Of a stretch of DNA of 64,000 nt, positions 50,304 through 59,827 are shown one piece after another. Within the stretch, counting starts at the first letter, position 1. Every line of letters begins with the position of its first letter. The position numbers and the translations under genes are program-made. Location of the stretch: positions 192,001 through 256,000 of the forward strand of contig CBDCWC010000003.1 in the NCBI GenBank assembly GCA_965223295.1. Reading direction: 5' to 3'. This DNA comes from Nitrospirales bacterium. GTDB lineage: Bacteria; Nitrospirota; Nitrospiria; Nitrospirales; UBA8639. The notes under the pieces are model-generated. The model made no database searches, was not told the origin of the DNA, and saw only the letters and a program-made list of their open reading frames with translations.

Positions 50304-51389
50304 TTAGGACATCAAAGCCAACCCTTCATCAACTGCCCATTGAAGATACACAGTTTGTCCAACATCCAAAGAACCTTTGTGAGTCTCATGTATCGGCACT
50401 CGAGCGGTCCAGAGATGATCATTTTGAAGCTGAAATTGATAGACAAATTCATTACCCTGAAACACAACTGATTTCACACAAGCAGAGAGAGCATTGTCGT
50501 ATTTCTTGAGCCGGAGATCTGTCGCAATATGTAGCCGTTCGGGCCGAACCATTATTGTCACGGATTCTTGTTCAAGACCTTCTCCAAGGCATGCTGCCAT
50601 CAAAACCGGACACCCTTCAGGCTCAACCCAACATATCCCCTTCTCAACGCGCAGAATCCTTCCAGACAAGGAATTCGACAGGCCAACAAATTTGGCTACG
50701 GTCAACGATGTGGGCCGTCCATAGACCTCTTGAGGGGTCCCGACTTGCAGAAGTTTTCCACGATGCATGACCCCGATTCGATCAGAAAGCATCAAGGCTT
50801 CATCCTGTTGATGCGTCACACAAACAAAGGTTCCGGCGACCTCTCGCTGTACTCGTTTCAGTTCTTCTTGCATTTCCTGTCGTAACTGCTGATCTAACGC
50901 CGCTAAAGGTTCATCCAACAACAAGACAGCAGGGCTATTGACAAGCGCACGAGCTAACGCCACGCGCTGTTGTTCCCCGCCAGATAGTTGCGCTGGCAGC
51001 CGGTGGGTTTTCCCCTCCAAACGCACCAAAGCTGTCATGCGTTCGACAGCCGTTCGAATATCATTTTTTGTTTGTCCCCGCATGGTTAAGCCAAAGGCAA
51101 TATTGTCAAAAACGGTCATATGGGGGAAAAGCGCATACTGCTGAAATACCATATTCACAGGACGGGCATGAGGAGGATCAGCGTTAACCACCCGCTGTTC
51201 TAGAGTAATCGTTCCAGAATCAGGAACATCCAATCCGGCGATCAATCGAAGGATCGAGGTCTTTCCAGACCCACTAGGACCGAGTACTGAAAAGAATTCC
51301 CCCCGTTTGATATTCAGCGACACATGATCCACGGCGACCACCGAACCATGGATTTTCACCACCTTTTCAAACTTAACGATGGGGATCAC
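50304..51389 (-). CDS. potA: Polyamine ABC ATP-binding protein
   Basis: GPSGSGKT, LSGGEQQRVALARAL, LLLDEP, TOBE-like C-terminus. Confidence 0.9.
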   Translation of the reverse strand: MIPIVKFEKVVKIHGSVVAVDHVSLNIKRGEFFSVLGPSGSGKTSILRLIAGLDVPDSGTITLEQRVVNADPPHARPVNMVFQQYALFPHMTVFDNIAFGLTMRGQTKNDIRTAVERMTALVRLEGKTHRLPAQLSGGEQQRVALARALVNSPAVLLLDEPLAALDQQLRQEMQEELKRVQREVAGTFVCVTHQQDEALMLSDRIGVMHRGKLLQVGTPQEVYGRPTSLTVAKFVGLSNSLSGRILRVEKGICWVEPEGCPVLMAACLGEGLEQESVTIMVRPERLHIATDLRLKKYDNALSACVKSVVFQGNEFVYQFQLQNDHLWTARVPIHETHKGSLDVGQTVYLQWAVDEGLALMS

Positions 51390-51580
51390 AAAGGAATGCC
51401 GTTCTTATGGGGTTTGGACCATCAGAATGGATGGCACTGGATTTTATGGAGGGAGGAAAAAGGAAGTCAATGCAAGACCAGACAACAACTAGGTGCCTGA
51501 CGTCTCCAGCAAACTTCCTTTCTTAGGGACAAAAAATTTTCTCAGTAAGGAAATCAGGGAAGAATCGCCTCAGAAGCCCT

Positions 51581-51814
51581 TTACTCGTTCTTGACACTCA
51601 TCCGCATCAACGATTGCAGCACGGCTTCTTGCACAGTCGAACAGGGGTCTTCAAGGGCAGTCGTCAATGCTTCAAGTGCTAATCGCTGATCAGAGACTCC
51701 AGCCGTCTCCCCACCCAGCTGAATGGCAGCATCAAACCGTGTATCTGGATCTTGATGGAACAACAAGGCGTGGGACGACCCGTCAACGTTTTTAGGGCCA
51801 GTTTTTATATACAT
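51581..51814 (-). CDS. Small HEAT-repeat protein
   Basis: HQDPDTRFDAAIQLG...ALEDPCSTVQEAVLQSL; AAGGAGA RBS. Confidence 0.7.
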   Translation of the reverse strand: MYIKTGPKNVDGSSHALLFHQDPDTRFDAAIQLGGETAGVSDQRLALEALTTALEDPCSTVQEAVLQSLMRMSVKNE

Positions 51815-51947
51815 TACGTGTCTCCTTGTCTCACATGCTCAAGGCTTTATATGCCAATCGGGGATTTTTATGGAATTCTTGAGGATCTTTTTGTGGTCTG
51901 TTGAAGAATGTTGTCGTGTATTTGTGGCAGTTCTGTACAATTACTCC

Positions 51948-52283
51948 CTAGAGGATAGCTTCTTCTAGTGAATCATAGATTGGCACGAGCTTGGAAAAAT
52001 TGACAAATTCCAGCATTTCCCGAACTCTGGGTCGAGGGTTCGCCATACTAAGACGAATATTCTGACGGTTAAGATGATGGTAGGTCAAAAATAATTTCCC
52101 CAACCCTCGGCTATCAATAGTTTTCAAGCTTTGAAGATTCAGAAGAATATGCTGCCTTCGAGCCTCTTGAGCCTGACACACCGCAGACTCTAAAGCATGC
52201 TCAGCTTGAGTATCTAAACAGGCTCCAAGGGTAATGATATGCATCGCTGAATGAAGGGCAGGTTTCGTAGAATGCTCACTCAT
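51948..52283 (-). CDS. STAS anti-anti-sigma factor
   Basis: LLNLQSLKTIDSRGLG with phosphoacceptor Ser; start uncertain. Confidence 0.85.
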   Translation of the reverse strand: MSEHSTKPALHSAMHIITLGACLDTQAEHALESAVCQAQEARRQHILLNLQSLKTIDSRGLGKLFLTYHHLNRQNIRLSMANPRPRVREMLEFVNFSKLVPIYDSLEEAIL

Positions 52284-52352
52284 CACTGGCCAATCTTTTC
52301 GGTTTGTCTTTTTCCCAACTTGAGGAATGAACGAATGCCTCTCCAAGCACAG

Positions 52353-52685
52353 CTAGGCCACGGAACGGACTGGCGGTTTTTGCTGCACAATCGGAATAAC
52401 GGTCGAAAAATTCACGAGTTGAAGCAGGGCTTCGACGGAGGGCTTAGGGTTCTTAACCGTTAAAGCTATCCCTTTTTTTCGCAGAGAATAATAGAGGAGC
52501 AACATTTTACCAATCCCGGCACTATCTATTGACGACACTTTTGAAAAATCAAGAATCACCTGTGTACATGGACGCCCCTCTCCCGCAGCTAACGCCGTTT
52601 CAACAGGGACACGGGCAGCTTTATCAAACCGCCCTGACAACAACAATATCCGAGTCTTTTTGTCCCATCGTGCCATCACTAACAT
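52353..52685 (-). CDS. STAS anti-anti-sigma factor
   Basis: LSGRFD, ILDFSKVSSIDSAGIG; GGGAGG RBS. Confidence 0.88.
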   Translation of the reverse strand: MLVMARWDKKTRILLLSGRFDKAARVPVETALAAGEGRPCTQVILDFSKVSSIDSAGIGKMLLLYYSLRKKGIALTVKNPKPSVEALLQLVNFSTVIPIVQQKPPVRSVA

Positions 52686-52762
52686 CTGCTGTTCCCTCCC
52701 GCCATGTGCCAATATCTAACGTGTTCTTCGGAACCACCTGCATCTTTCTCATTAATATCCTC

Positions 52763-52778
52763 AGCAACCCATGTGCCA
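52763..52778 (-). promoter_or_regulatory. Sigma54 -24/-12 promoter for the STAS pair
   Basis: TGGCACA-TGGG-TTGCT, near-consensus. Confidence 0.8.
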
Positions 52779-53362
52779 TTTTTACGATTCGAGCAAAACC
52801 CTATTGAACCCTGAAAATGCTCCTGAAAAAGACGCAATTTCTGAGAGGCAGTAGAAACAATGACTAGATGAAAATGCTGGCGAACGATGCACGACGATGC
52901 AGACCTTACCCCATAGGAAAAAATGTTCTATGGCTCACAGACTTCTGACCTTCCCGCATAGGAACTTGGGCAATTTCTAAGAAACCATAGCTCTTTTGAC
53001 TAGAAGGGCTGGCGTACCTTAAGTAAATCTGAAACTGCGCCATCGAAATATTCGTTATTGCACGTTTTTTGAAACCCTTTTAACCTTTAGCGACTGACTC
53101 AATGCTGACACCAGCCCCATTAAGGACACTTTAGTATTTGGTCTATTTCCACAATACTCCTTCTCAAGGTACCTGTCGTTGTTCTTGGGGCCCAGACTTT
53201 GTTTAAAAGAGCTGGTAAAGTCGCTGTTTGAATGGTTGAAAGTTTTTTCAAGCCCAAGTATAAGATAAGAAGATCATTTCTCGGGTAGGCCGGGGACTGA
53301 ATGCAAATCAATCGGAATACATCGCGAAAAGGCCCGATCCAACGAACTATGGAGGGATACAC

Positions 53363-54418
53363 ATGAGAATTCTTGTCACAGGTCATAAAGGGTACATTGG
53401 CACCGTCATGGTGCCCATGCTCATTCAGGAAGGGCATGATGTGGTTGGATTAGACAGCGATCTGTTTGCAGCTTGCGCTTTTGGGGAGCCGATGCAAACA
53501 ATTCCTGATATTCAAAAAGATATCCGTGATATTAAACCCTCAGATGTAGAGGGCTTTGATGCAATCATTCATCTTGCTGGCCTCTCCAATGATCCACTAG
53601 GGAATTTAGATCCACAATTGACCTACGAAATCAATCATGAGGCATCAGTCCGACTAGCAAAACTAGCGAAAGAAGTGGGGGTACCGCGGTTTCTTTTTTC
53701 GTCTTCCTGCAGCAATTATGGGGCCGGAGGAGAAGACTTGCTCAATGAAGAGTCGGCTTTCAATCCTGTCACTCCCTATGGGGAATCCAAGGTCCGTGTA
53801 GAACAGGACGTCTCCAAGTTGGCAGATTCATCCTTTACGCCAACCTTTCTGCGTAACGCCACCGTGTATGGGGTTTCACCCAGGCTTCGCTTTGATCTAG
53901 TCTTGAACAACCTCGTCGCATGGGCCTACACCAGCGGACGAGTGTATATGAAGAGTGACGGAACACCGTGGCGACCTATCGCACACATCGATGACATCTC
54001 ACGGGCCTTCGTTGCCGTCCTCCATGCCCCACTTGAGCTTGTCCATAATGAGGCTTTCAACGTTGGAGTGTCAGAAGAAAACTACCGGATTAGAGAATTA
54101 GCAGACATCGTGAAAGATACGGTACCAGGCTGTGAGATTGAATATGCAAAAGACGGAGGTCCAGATACACGTTGCTATCGTGTGGATTTCAGTAAGATTA
54201 AGCGCGTGCTACCCGATTTTCGCCCACAATGGAATGCCCGGGATGCTGCGAAACAATTGTACGAGACATACAAAAGAGTAGGACTTCGCCTTGAAGATTT
54301 TGAAGGTATCCGCTACAAGCGAATCGATCACATTAAGCATCTCTTAGAAACAAAAAAGCTGAATAATTCATTGCGATGGGAAACAACCACTGCTGACAAT
54401 GAGAAAAGCAAGGCGTAA
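53363..54418 (+). CDS. NAD-dependent sugar epimerase/dehydratase (extended SDR)
   Basis: ILVTGHKGYIG, SSCSNYG, YGESK. Confidence 0.92.
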   Translation: MRILVTGHKGYIGTVMVPMLIQEGHDVVGLDSDLFAACAFGEPMQTIPDIQKDIRDIKPSDVEGFDAIIHLAGLSNDPLGNLDPQLTYEINHEASVRLAKLAKEVGVPRFLFSSSCSNYGAGGEDLLNEESAFNPVTPYGESKVRVEQDVSKLADSSFTPTFLRNATVYGVSPRLRFDLVLNNLVAWAYTSGRVYMKSDGTPWRPIAHIDDISRAFVAVLHAPLELVHNEAFNVGVSEENYRIRELADIVKDTVPGCEIEYAKDGGPDTRCYRVDFSKIKRVLPDFRPQWNARDAAKQLYETYKRVGLRLEDFEGIRYKRIDHIKHLLETKKLNNSLRWETTTADNEKSKA

Positions 54419-54479
54419 TTCACTTCTAGGCGGGAATGTTTTGCGTCATTTCCAATAACGGTAACGAGCGAAAAGCTTA

Positions 54480-55688
54480 GTGAGAATTCAAGAATCATCG
54501 AAAAGGTTGGAGATCGCGAAAACCTGCTTTAACTGTGGGTCAGACAGCTTGTCTCCCTTTTATGATATCCAAAATGTTCCAGGGCACAGTTGTCTGCTTA
54601 TCGACAATCGTGATGAAGCATTGGCCTATCCTAAAGGAGATTTACAGTTAGCCTACTGTCAACACTGCGGGTTTATTGAAAATACCCTTTTCGATCCCGC
54701 TATGCATGAATATTCATCTCGCTATGAAGAAACACAAGGCTTTTCGTCTAAGTTTCAGGAATTCGCTACAAATCTTGCCAACCGACTTATTAAAAAGTAC
54801 AACATTCGAGAGAAACATATTCTGGAAATTGGCTGTGGAAAAGGAGAATTTTTGGTCCTGCTCTGCGAATTGGGCATGAACCACGGGACAGGAATTGATC
54901 CAGGATACATTCCTGAGCGAACGCAAAGTGACGCAGCCTCACGAATTACTTTTACCAGCGATTTCTATTCTGAAAAATATTCACACCTCGCCGCCGATTT
55001 CGTTGTCTGCCGCCATACACTGGAACACATACAAACGACATCCGACTTTCTTCACATGGTTCGAGGCTGTATCGGAGACCGACATGAAACGATTGTCTAC
55101 TTTGAAGTTCCCGACATGTCTCGAATACTCAAAGAACAAGCGTTTTGGGATATCTACTATGAACATTGTTCGTATTTCACTTTAGGTTCCTTAGAATATC
55201 TCTTTCGCTCATGTGGCTTTGACATTCTTAACTCTCAAAAAGACTTCAATGACCAGTATTTACTGATTGAAGCCCGCCCAAACAGTTGTTCTGAGAAAGC
55301 CATCTCTATGGACAATCATGATTTAGAGGAACTAGTTCACGACGTCGAGGCATTCAAAAAGACCGTGCCTCTAAAAATGGAAAGATGGAAGGAAACTCTT
55401 CAGTCTGCCATAGCCCAAGGAAAGCGAATTGTCATCTGGGGATCCGGATCGAAAGCTGTAGCCTATCTCACAACGTTGGGAATCGACCAAGAACTCGATT
55501 ATATCGTGGACATTAACCCACATAAACATGGGAAGTTTTCTGCAGGTACCGGACATGAGATTGTCCCGCCAGCCTTTCTTAAAGACTACAAGCCCGACCT
55601 TGTAGTTGCCATGAACCCCGTGTATTGTGATGAAATCTGTTCAGATTTGAAACAGATGGGGGTTGACGCTGACCTCATTGCAGTCTGA
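54480..55688 (+). CDS. NDP-sugar C-methyltransferase-like SAM enzyme
   Basis: CFNC..CQHC zinc site, LEIGCGKG, YYEHCSYF, VDINPHKHG. Confidence 0.82.
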   Translation: MRIQESSKRLEIAKTCFNCGSDSLSPFYDIQNVPGHSCLLIDNRDEALAYPKGDLQLAYCQHCGFIENTLFDPAMHEYSSRYEETQGFSSKFQEFATNLANRLIKKYNIREKHILEIGCGKGEFLVLLCELGMNHGTGIDPGYIPERTQSDAASRITFTSDFYSEKYSHLAADFVVCRHTLEHIQTTSDFLHMVRGCIGDRHETIVYFEVPDMSRILKEQAFWDIYYEHCSYFTLGSLEYLFRSCGFDILNSQKDFNDQYLLIEARPNSCSEKAISMDNHDLEELVHDVEAFKKTVPLKMERWKETLQSAIAQGKRIVIWGSGSKAVAYLTTLGIDQELDYIVDINPHKHGKFSAGTGHEIVPPAFLKDYKPDLVVAMNPVYCDEICSDLKQMGVDADLIAV

Positions 55689-55719
55689 CACAGAGACACT
55701 GACAAGGAGCACAACGAGT

Positions 55720-56925
55720 ATGCAGAAAGATGACACTGAGGGAAATGGCCAACAGATACGTTGTCCTGTCTGTCAACAGGAGCATGTATCAGTATTTTTT
55801 GAGACCGAAGGACTTCCCGTTCATAGCACAGCCATCTGGCCAAGCAGAGAACAAGCCTTGAGGGCCCCTAAGGGAGATATGCGACTAGGCTTCTGTCGTA
55901 CCTGTGGAATGATGTACAACGTGGCATTTGACCCCTCCCTGATGCGATACACACAGCAGTACGAGAACTGTCTGCATTTCTCGCCACACTTTCAAGGATA
56001 CGCGAGAGACTTGGCAAACCAGCTCATCAAAAAGCACCATCTCCAGGGGAAAACCATTATCGAGATTGGGTGCGGGAGTGGTGAATTCTTGGCGATGTTG
56101 TGTGACGGCGGACAAAATCGTGGCATCGGCTTTGATCCTAGTTATGATGGGAAAAGACCAGACAGCTTACTGTTGGATCACCTCACCTTTATCAAGGGAT
56201 ATTATTCTGAGGCCTATGAAGAATATCAAGCAGACTTTATCTGTTCCAGGCATGTCTTAGAGCATGTCGAGTCTCCATCAGAATTTTTGTCACGGCTACG
56301 AAAGGCGATTGGTGATCGCCAGGATTGCATGGTGTTCTTTGAAGTGCCTACCGCCCTCTATTTGCTTCGTGATCTCAGCATTTGGGACATCATGTACGAG
56401 CATTGTTCCTACTTCTGCGAAAATTCTCTCGCATGGGTATTTGCTGAAAATGGGTTTCATGTTCAACATATATCTGAGGCCTTTTCTGGGCAAGTCTTGT
56501 GTCTTGAGGCAACACCGGCAAACGGCTCATCTCCTTCACCTGCTGAACAAGACAGTCGCCCAACAGAGATTCAGTATTTGGTAGAGGTATTTACAGATAA
56601 TTATCAAGAAAAGCTCAACACATGGAAAAAGAATTTTCAGGAATTCACCCGCAATGGTCAAAAAGCCGTCTTATGGGGTGCAGGAGCCAGAGGCTCTAGC
56701 TTTCTAAACATGCTCGACACCATCGATCATATTGAATATGCCGTGGATATCAGTCCTCGAAAACACGGGCAATACATGGGAGGAACTGGCCAACAAATCG
56801 TGGCGCCAAAAGATCTAGCACAAATTAAACCTGATGTGATTGTCCTAACGAATCCCATTTATGAAACGGAAATTAAGGACTTTGTCAACAGTATCGGCTT
56901 AGAGAGCAAGTTTCTTATAGCGTAA
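55720..56925 (+). CDS. NDP-sugar C-methyltransferase-like SAM enzyme
   Basis: CPVC..CRTC, IEIGCGSG, MYEHCSYF, VDISPRKHG. Confidence 0.82.
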   Translation: MQKDDTEGNGQQIRCPVCQQEHVSVFFETEGLPVHSTAIWPSREQALRAPKGDMRLGFCRTCGMMYNVAFDPSLMRYTQQYENCLHFSPHFQGYARDLANQLIKKHHLQGKTIIEIGCGSGEFLAMLCDGGQNRGIGFDPSYDGKRPDSLLLDHLTFIKGYYSEAYEEYQADFICSRHVLEHVESPSEFLSRLRKAIGDRQDCMVFFEVPTALYLLRDLSIWDIMYEHCSYFCENSLAWVFAENGFHVQHISEAFSGQVLCLEATPANGSSPSPAEQDSRPTEIQYLVEVFTDNYQEKLNTWKKNFQEFTRNGQKAVLWGAGARGSSFLNMLDTIDHIEYAVDISPRKHGQYMGGTGQQIVAPKDLAQIKPDVIVLTNPIYETEIKDFVNSIGLESKFLIA

Positions 56926-56969
56926 CTTTTCATCGATAAGATCACCAGACGAGGACAGAAGGACACCAC

Positions 56970-58247
56970 ATGACTCAGAACTCCGAAACATTGCATCGAA
57001 CACAGGACATGCTCTCAAAAAAAGGGAGCTGCCGTTTTTGTGGCACCCCTTTGAAGCGAACGTTTGTCGACTTAGGGATGTCGCCGCCTTGTGAGAGCTA
57101 CCTAGACGAAACGCAGCTCAACCAAATGGAGCCATTTTATCCCCTTCATGCCTATGTCTGCCAAAAATGTTTGCTCGTCCAGCTTGAAGAGTATGTAAAA
57201 CCGGAACATATCTTTACGGAATACGCCTATTTTTCATCCTACTCAGATTCCTGGCTGACCCATGCGAAAGCCTATACGGAGATGGCTATCGAGCGCTTTA
57301 AGTTAGATGCCAAAAGCCTCGTGGTTGAACTCGCAAGCAACGATGGCTATTTGCTGCAGTACTTCGTTGAAAAAGACATACCTGTTCTTGGTATCGAACC
57401 AGCCGCCAACATTGCGAAAGTCGCCAACGAAAAAGGCATCAAGACCGTTGTTCAGTTTTTCGGCGAGGAAAGCGCACAGGAGATGGCACAAAAAGGCCAG
57501 CAAGCCGATCTCGTCATAGGCAACAACGTGTTAGCGCAAGTGCCGGATCTCAATGGGTTTGTAAAAGGTATGAAGATCATCCTTAAGCCACAAGGGGTGA
57601 TCACCATGGAGTTCCCACATCTCTCGCGGTTAATGGAAGAGTCTCAGTTCGACACCATTTACCATGAGCATTTTTCATATTTTTCTTTTCTGACAGTTGA
57701 GAAAATTTTTCAGGAACACGGTCTGGCCATCTTCGATGTTGAAGAACTCTGGACCCATGGAGGCTCATTACGAATCTTTGCCTGTCACAGTGACAACACG
57801 TCGAAGGAAATGAGTCAGCGAACGGCAGATCTCAGGGCCACTGAAACGGCCGCCGGCTTCGGTGAGCTTGACGCTCACCTGACCTTTGAACCGAAGGTTC
57901 GATCCATTAAGTGGAGAATACTGGATTTTCTCATTTCTGCTAAACGGGAAGGGAAATCTGTTGCTGGCTACGGTGCACCTGGGAAAGGCAATACATTGCT
58001 CAACTATTGTGGGATACGCACAGACTTTCTCGACTATACCGTCGACAGGAATCCCTACAAACAAGGCAAGTTTCTTCCCGGCACGCACATTCCCATTTTA
58101 CACCCGGACAAAATCAAAGAGACAAAGCCGGATTACCTTTTTGTCTTACCGTGGAATTTCAAGGACGAAATCATTGAACAGATGTCCCCTATACGCGAAT
58201 GGGGAGGAAAATTTCTGGTTCCCATCCCTGATGTCAAGATCTATTAA
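56970..58247 (+). CDS. NDP-hexose C-3 methyltransferase (canonical type)
   Basis: CRFC..CQKC, ELASNDG, FDTIYHEHFSYF, HGGSLR, YGAPGKG, PWNF. Confidence 0.88.
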   Translation: MTQNSETLHRTQDMLSKKGSCRFCGTPLKRTFVDLGMSPPCESYLDETQLNQMEPFYPLHAYVCQKCLLVQLEEYVKPEHIFTEYAYFSSYSDSWLTHAKAYTEMAIERFKLDAKSLVVELASNDGYLLQYFVEKDIPVLGIEPAANIAKVANEKGIKTVVQFFGEESAQEMAQKGQQADLVIGNNVLAQVPDLNGFVKGMKIILKPQGVITMEFPHLSRLMEESQFDTIYHEHFSYFSFLTVEKIFQEHGLAIFDVEELWTHGGSLRIFACHSDNTSKEMSQRTADLRATETAAGFGELDAHLTFEPKVRSIKWRILDFLISAKREGKSVAGYGAPGKGNTLLNYCGIRTDFLDYTVDRNPYKQGKFLPGTHIPILHPDKIKETKPDYLFVLPWNFKDEIIEQMSPIREWGGKFLVPIPDVKIY

Positions 58248-58301
58248 GAGCCGAACGTTGCCAACTGGTTGGACTCCATTGGTTGAGAGTAGGAGGTCCT
58301 C

Positions 58302-59102
58302 ATGAAAGTGGTTCTGTTTTGTGGCGGATTAGGAATGCGGTTACGGGAGTACTCCGAATCGATTCCCAAACCGATGGTGAATATTGGCTATAGACCGATA
58401 CTTTGGCATGTCATGAAATACTACGCGCATTATGGACATAAAGACTTCATTCTCTGTCTTGGCTACCGAGCCGATGTGATTAAAGAATATTTTTTGCAAT
58501 ATAACGAATGCCTCTCAAATAATTTCACCATAAAAAATGGCGGAAAATCCCTGGAACTCCTGAATACCGACACCCAAGACTGGAACATCACATTCGTGGA
58601 CACCGGTCTAAAATCTAATATCGGGCAGCGCTTGAAAGCCGTCGAATCCTACATCGGGGAGGATGAGGTGTTTTTAGCAAACTATAGTGACAGCCTGACA
58701 GATTGTCCCCTACCCGACATTCTTGACCATTTCTCACAAAGCCAGAAAACAGCAAGCTTTCTCTGTGTGCGACCACCGCATAGCTTTCATGTTGTCCACA
58801 TGAAAGGCGACGGGCAAGTCACAGACGTCCGTCATGTTGGTGATTCTGGCCTATGGATTAACGGTGGGTTTTTTGTGCTTCGAAGAGAAATTTTTCAATA
58901 TATGAACGAGGGTGAAGAGTTGGTCTGTGAACCTTTTGGGCGACTTGTCGAACAAGATAAGCTCGCAGCATATCGATATAACGGATTTTGGGCAACCATG
59001 GATACGTTTAAAGAAAAGCAACATCTAGACGAACTAGATGCAAGCGGAGAGGCTCCGTGGGAACTCTGGAGGGCCTCTGGTCCAAAGCACAATCATGCTT
59101 AG
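58302..59102 (+). CDS. rfbF: Glucose-1-phosphate cytidylyltransferase
   Basis: CGGLGMRL, PKPMV, WINGGFF, GFWATMDT..E. Confidence 0.88.
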   Translation: MKVVLFCGGLGMRLREYSESIPKPMVNIGYRPILWHVMKYYAHYGHKDFILCLGYRADVIKEYFLQYNECLSNNFTIKNGGKSLELLNTDTQDWNITFVDTGLKSNIGQRLKAVESYIGEDEVFLANYSDSLTDCPLPDILDHFSQSQKTASFLCVRPPHSFHVVHMKGDGQVTDVRHVGDSGLWINGGFFVLRREIFQYMNEGEELVCEPFGRLVEQDKLAAYRYNGFWATMDTFKEKQHLDELDASGEAPWELWRASGPKHNHA

Positions 59103-59748
59103 TTTGCATTTCAATACGAAACAGGACTCGCCGTTTAACGTGTTGTGTCTTGGTGCCCATGCTGACGACATAGAAATAGGATGCGGAGCAACCATCCTTA
59201 AATTGATCCAAGACTACGAGAATGTCAATTTTTACTGGGTCGTCTTCAGCGCGGATCACATAAGAGCTGAAGAAGCACGAGCAAGCGCTGACCTGTTTCT
59301 CAAAGATGCCCAGAGCCACCATGTTGTCGTGAAAACATTTCGAGAATCGTTTTTTAATTTCATCGGTGCCGAAATTAAAGAATATTTCGAGCGACTCCGT
59401 AAAGAATTTGAGCCCGATCTGATTTTGACTCATTATCGCAACGACCTCCATCAGGATCATCGAACAATTTCTGAACTGACATGGAATACCTATCGAGACC
59501 ACACAATTTTAGAGTACGAAATTCCTAAATACGATGGAGATTTAGGGAAACCAAATGTGTTTATGTCTCTGAATGAGAAGCAGTGCAAAAAAAAAGTAAG
59601 CTATATTATGAACACCTTCAAGTCCCAACAGGATAAAGGATGGTTTACAGAGGACACATTTCTCTCAATCATGAGACTTCGCGGTATTGAATCCAACGCA
59701 TCAAGTCACCACGCCGAATCATTCTATAGCCGCAAGCTTGTTCTTTAA
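59095..59748 (+). CDS. PIG-L family deacetylase
   Basis: GAHADDIEIG, DLHQDH motifs. Confidence 0.88.
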   Translation: MLSLHFNTKQDSPFNVLCLGAHADDIEIGCGATILKLIQDYENVNFYWVVFSADHIRAEEARASADLFLKDAQSHHVVVKTFRESFFNFIGAEIKEYFERLRKEFEPDLILTHYRNDLHQDHRTISELTWNTYRDHTILEYEIPKYDGDLGKPNVFMSLNEKQCKKKVSYIMNTFKSQQDKGWFTEDTFLSIMRLRGIESNASSHHAESFYSRKLVL

Positions 59749-59827
59749 AAGGCGTAGAGAGGATTGCCCTAATGAAACACTTCGAAATGAAATGGATTAT
59801 CAGCATTAGGCACGGCTCCTCACAATT

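Noticed and set aside
51836-51857. Possible sigma54 site upstream of the mini-HEAT gene (TGGCATATAAAGC)
   Set aside because: GG-to-GC spacing is 8 rather than 10
53070-53099. Fifth ECF-motif copy upstream of the polysaccharide operon (TGAAACC..CGACTGACT)
   Set aside because: Spacer is 14 nt instead of the 16 nt shared by the other copies
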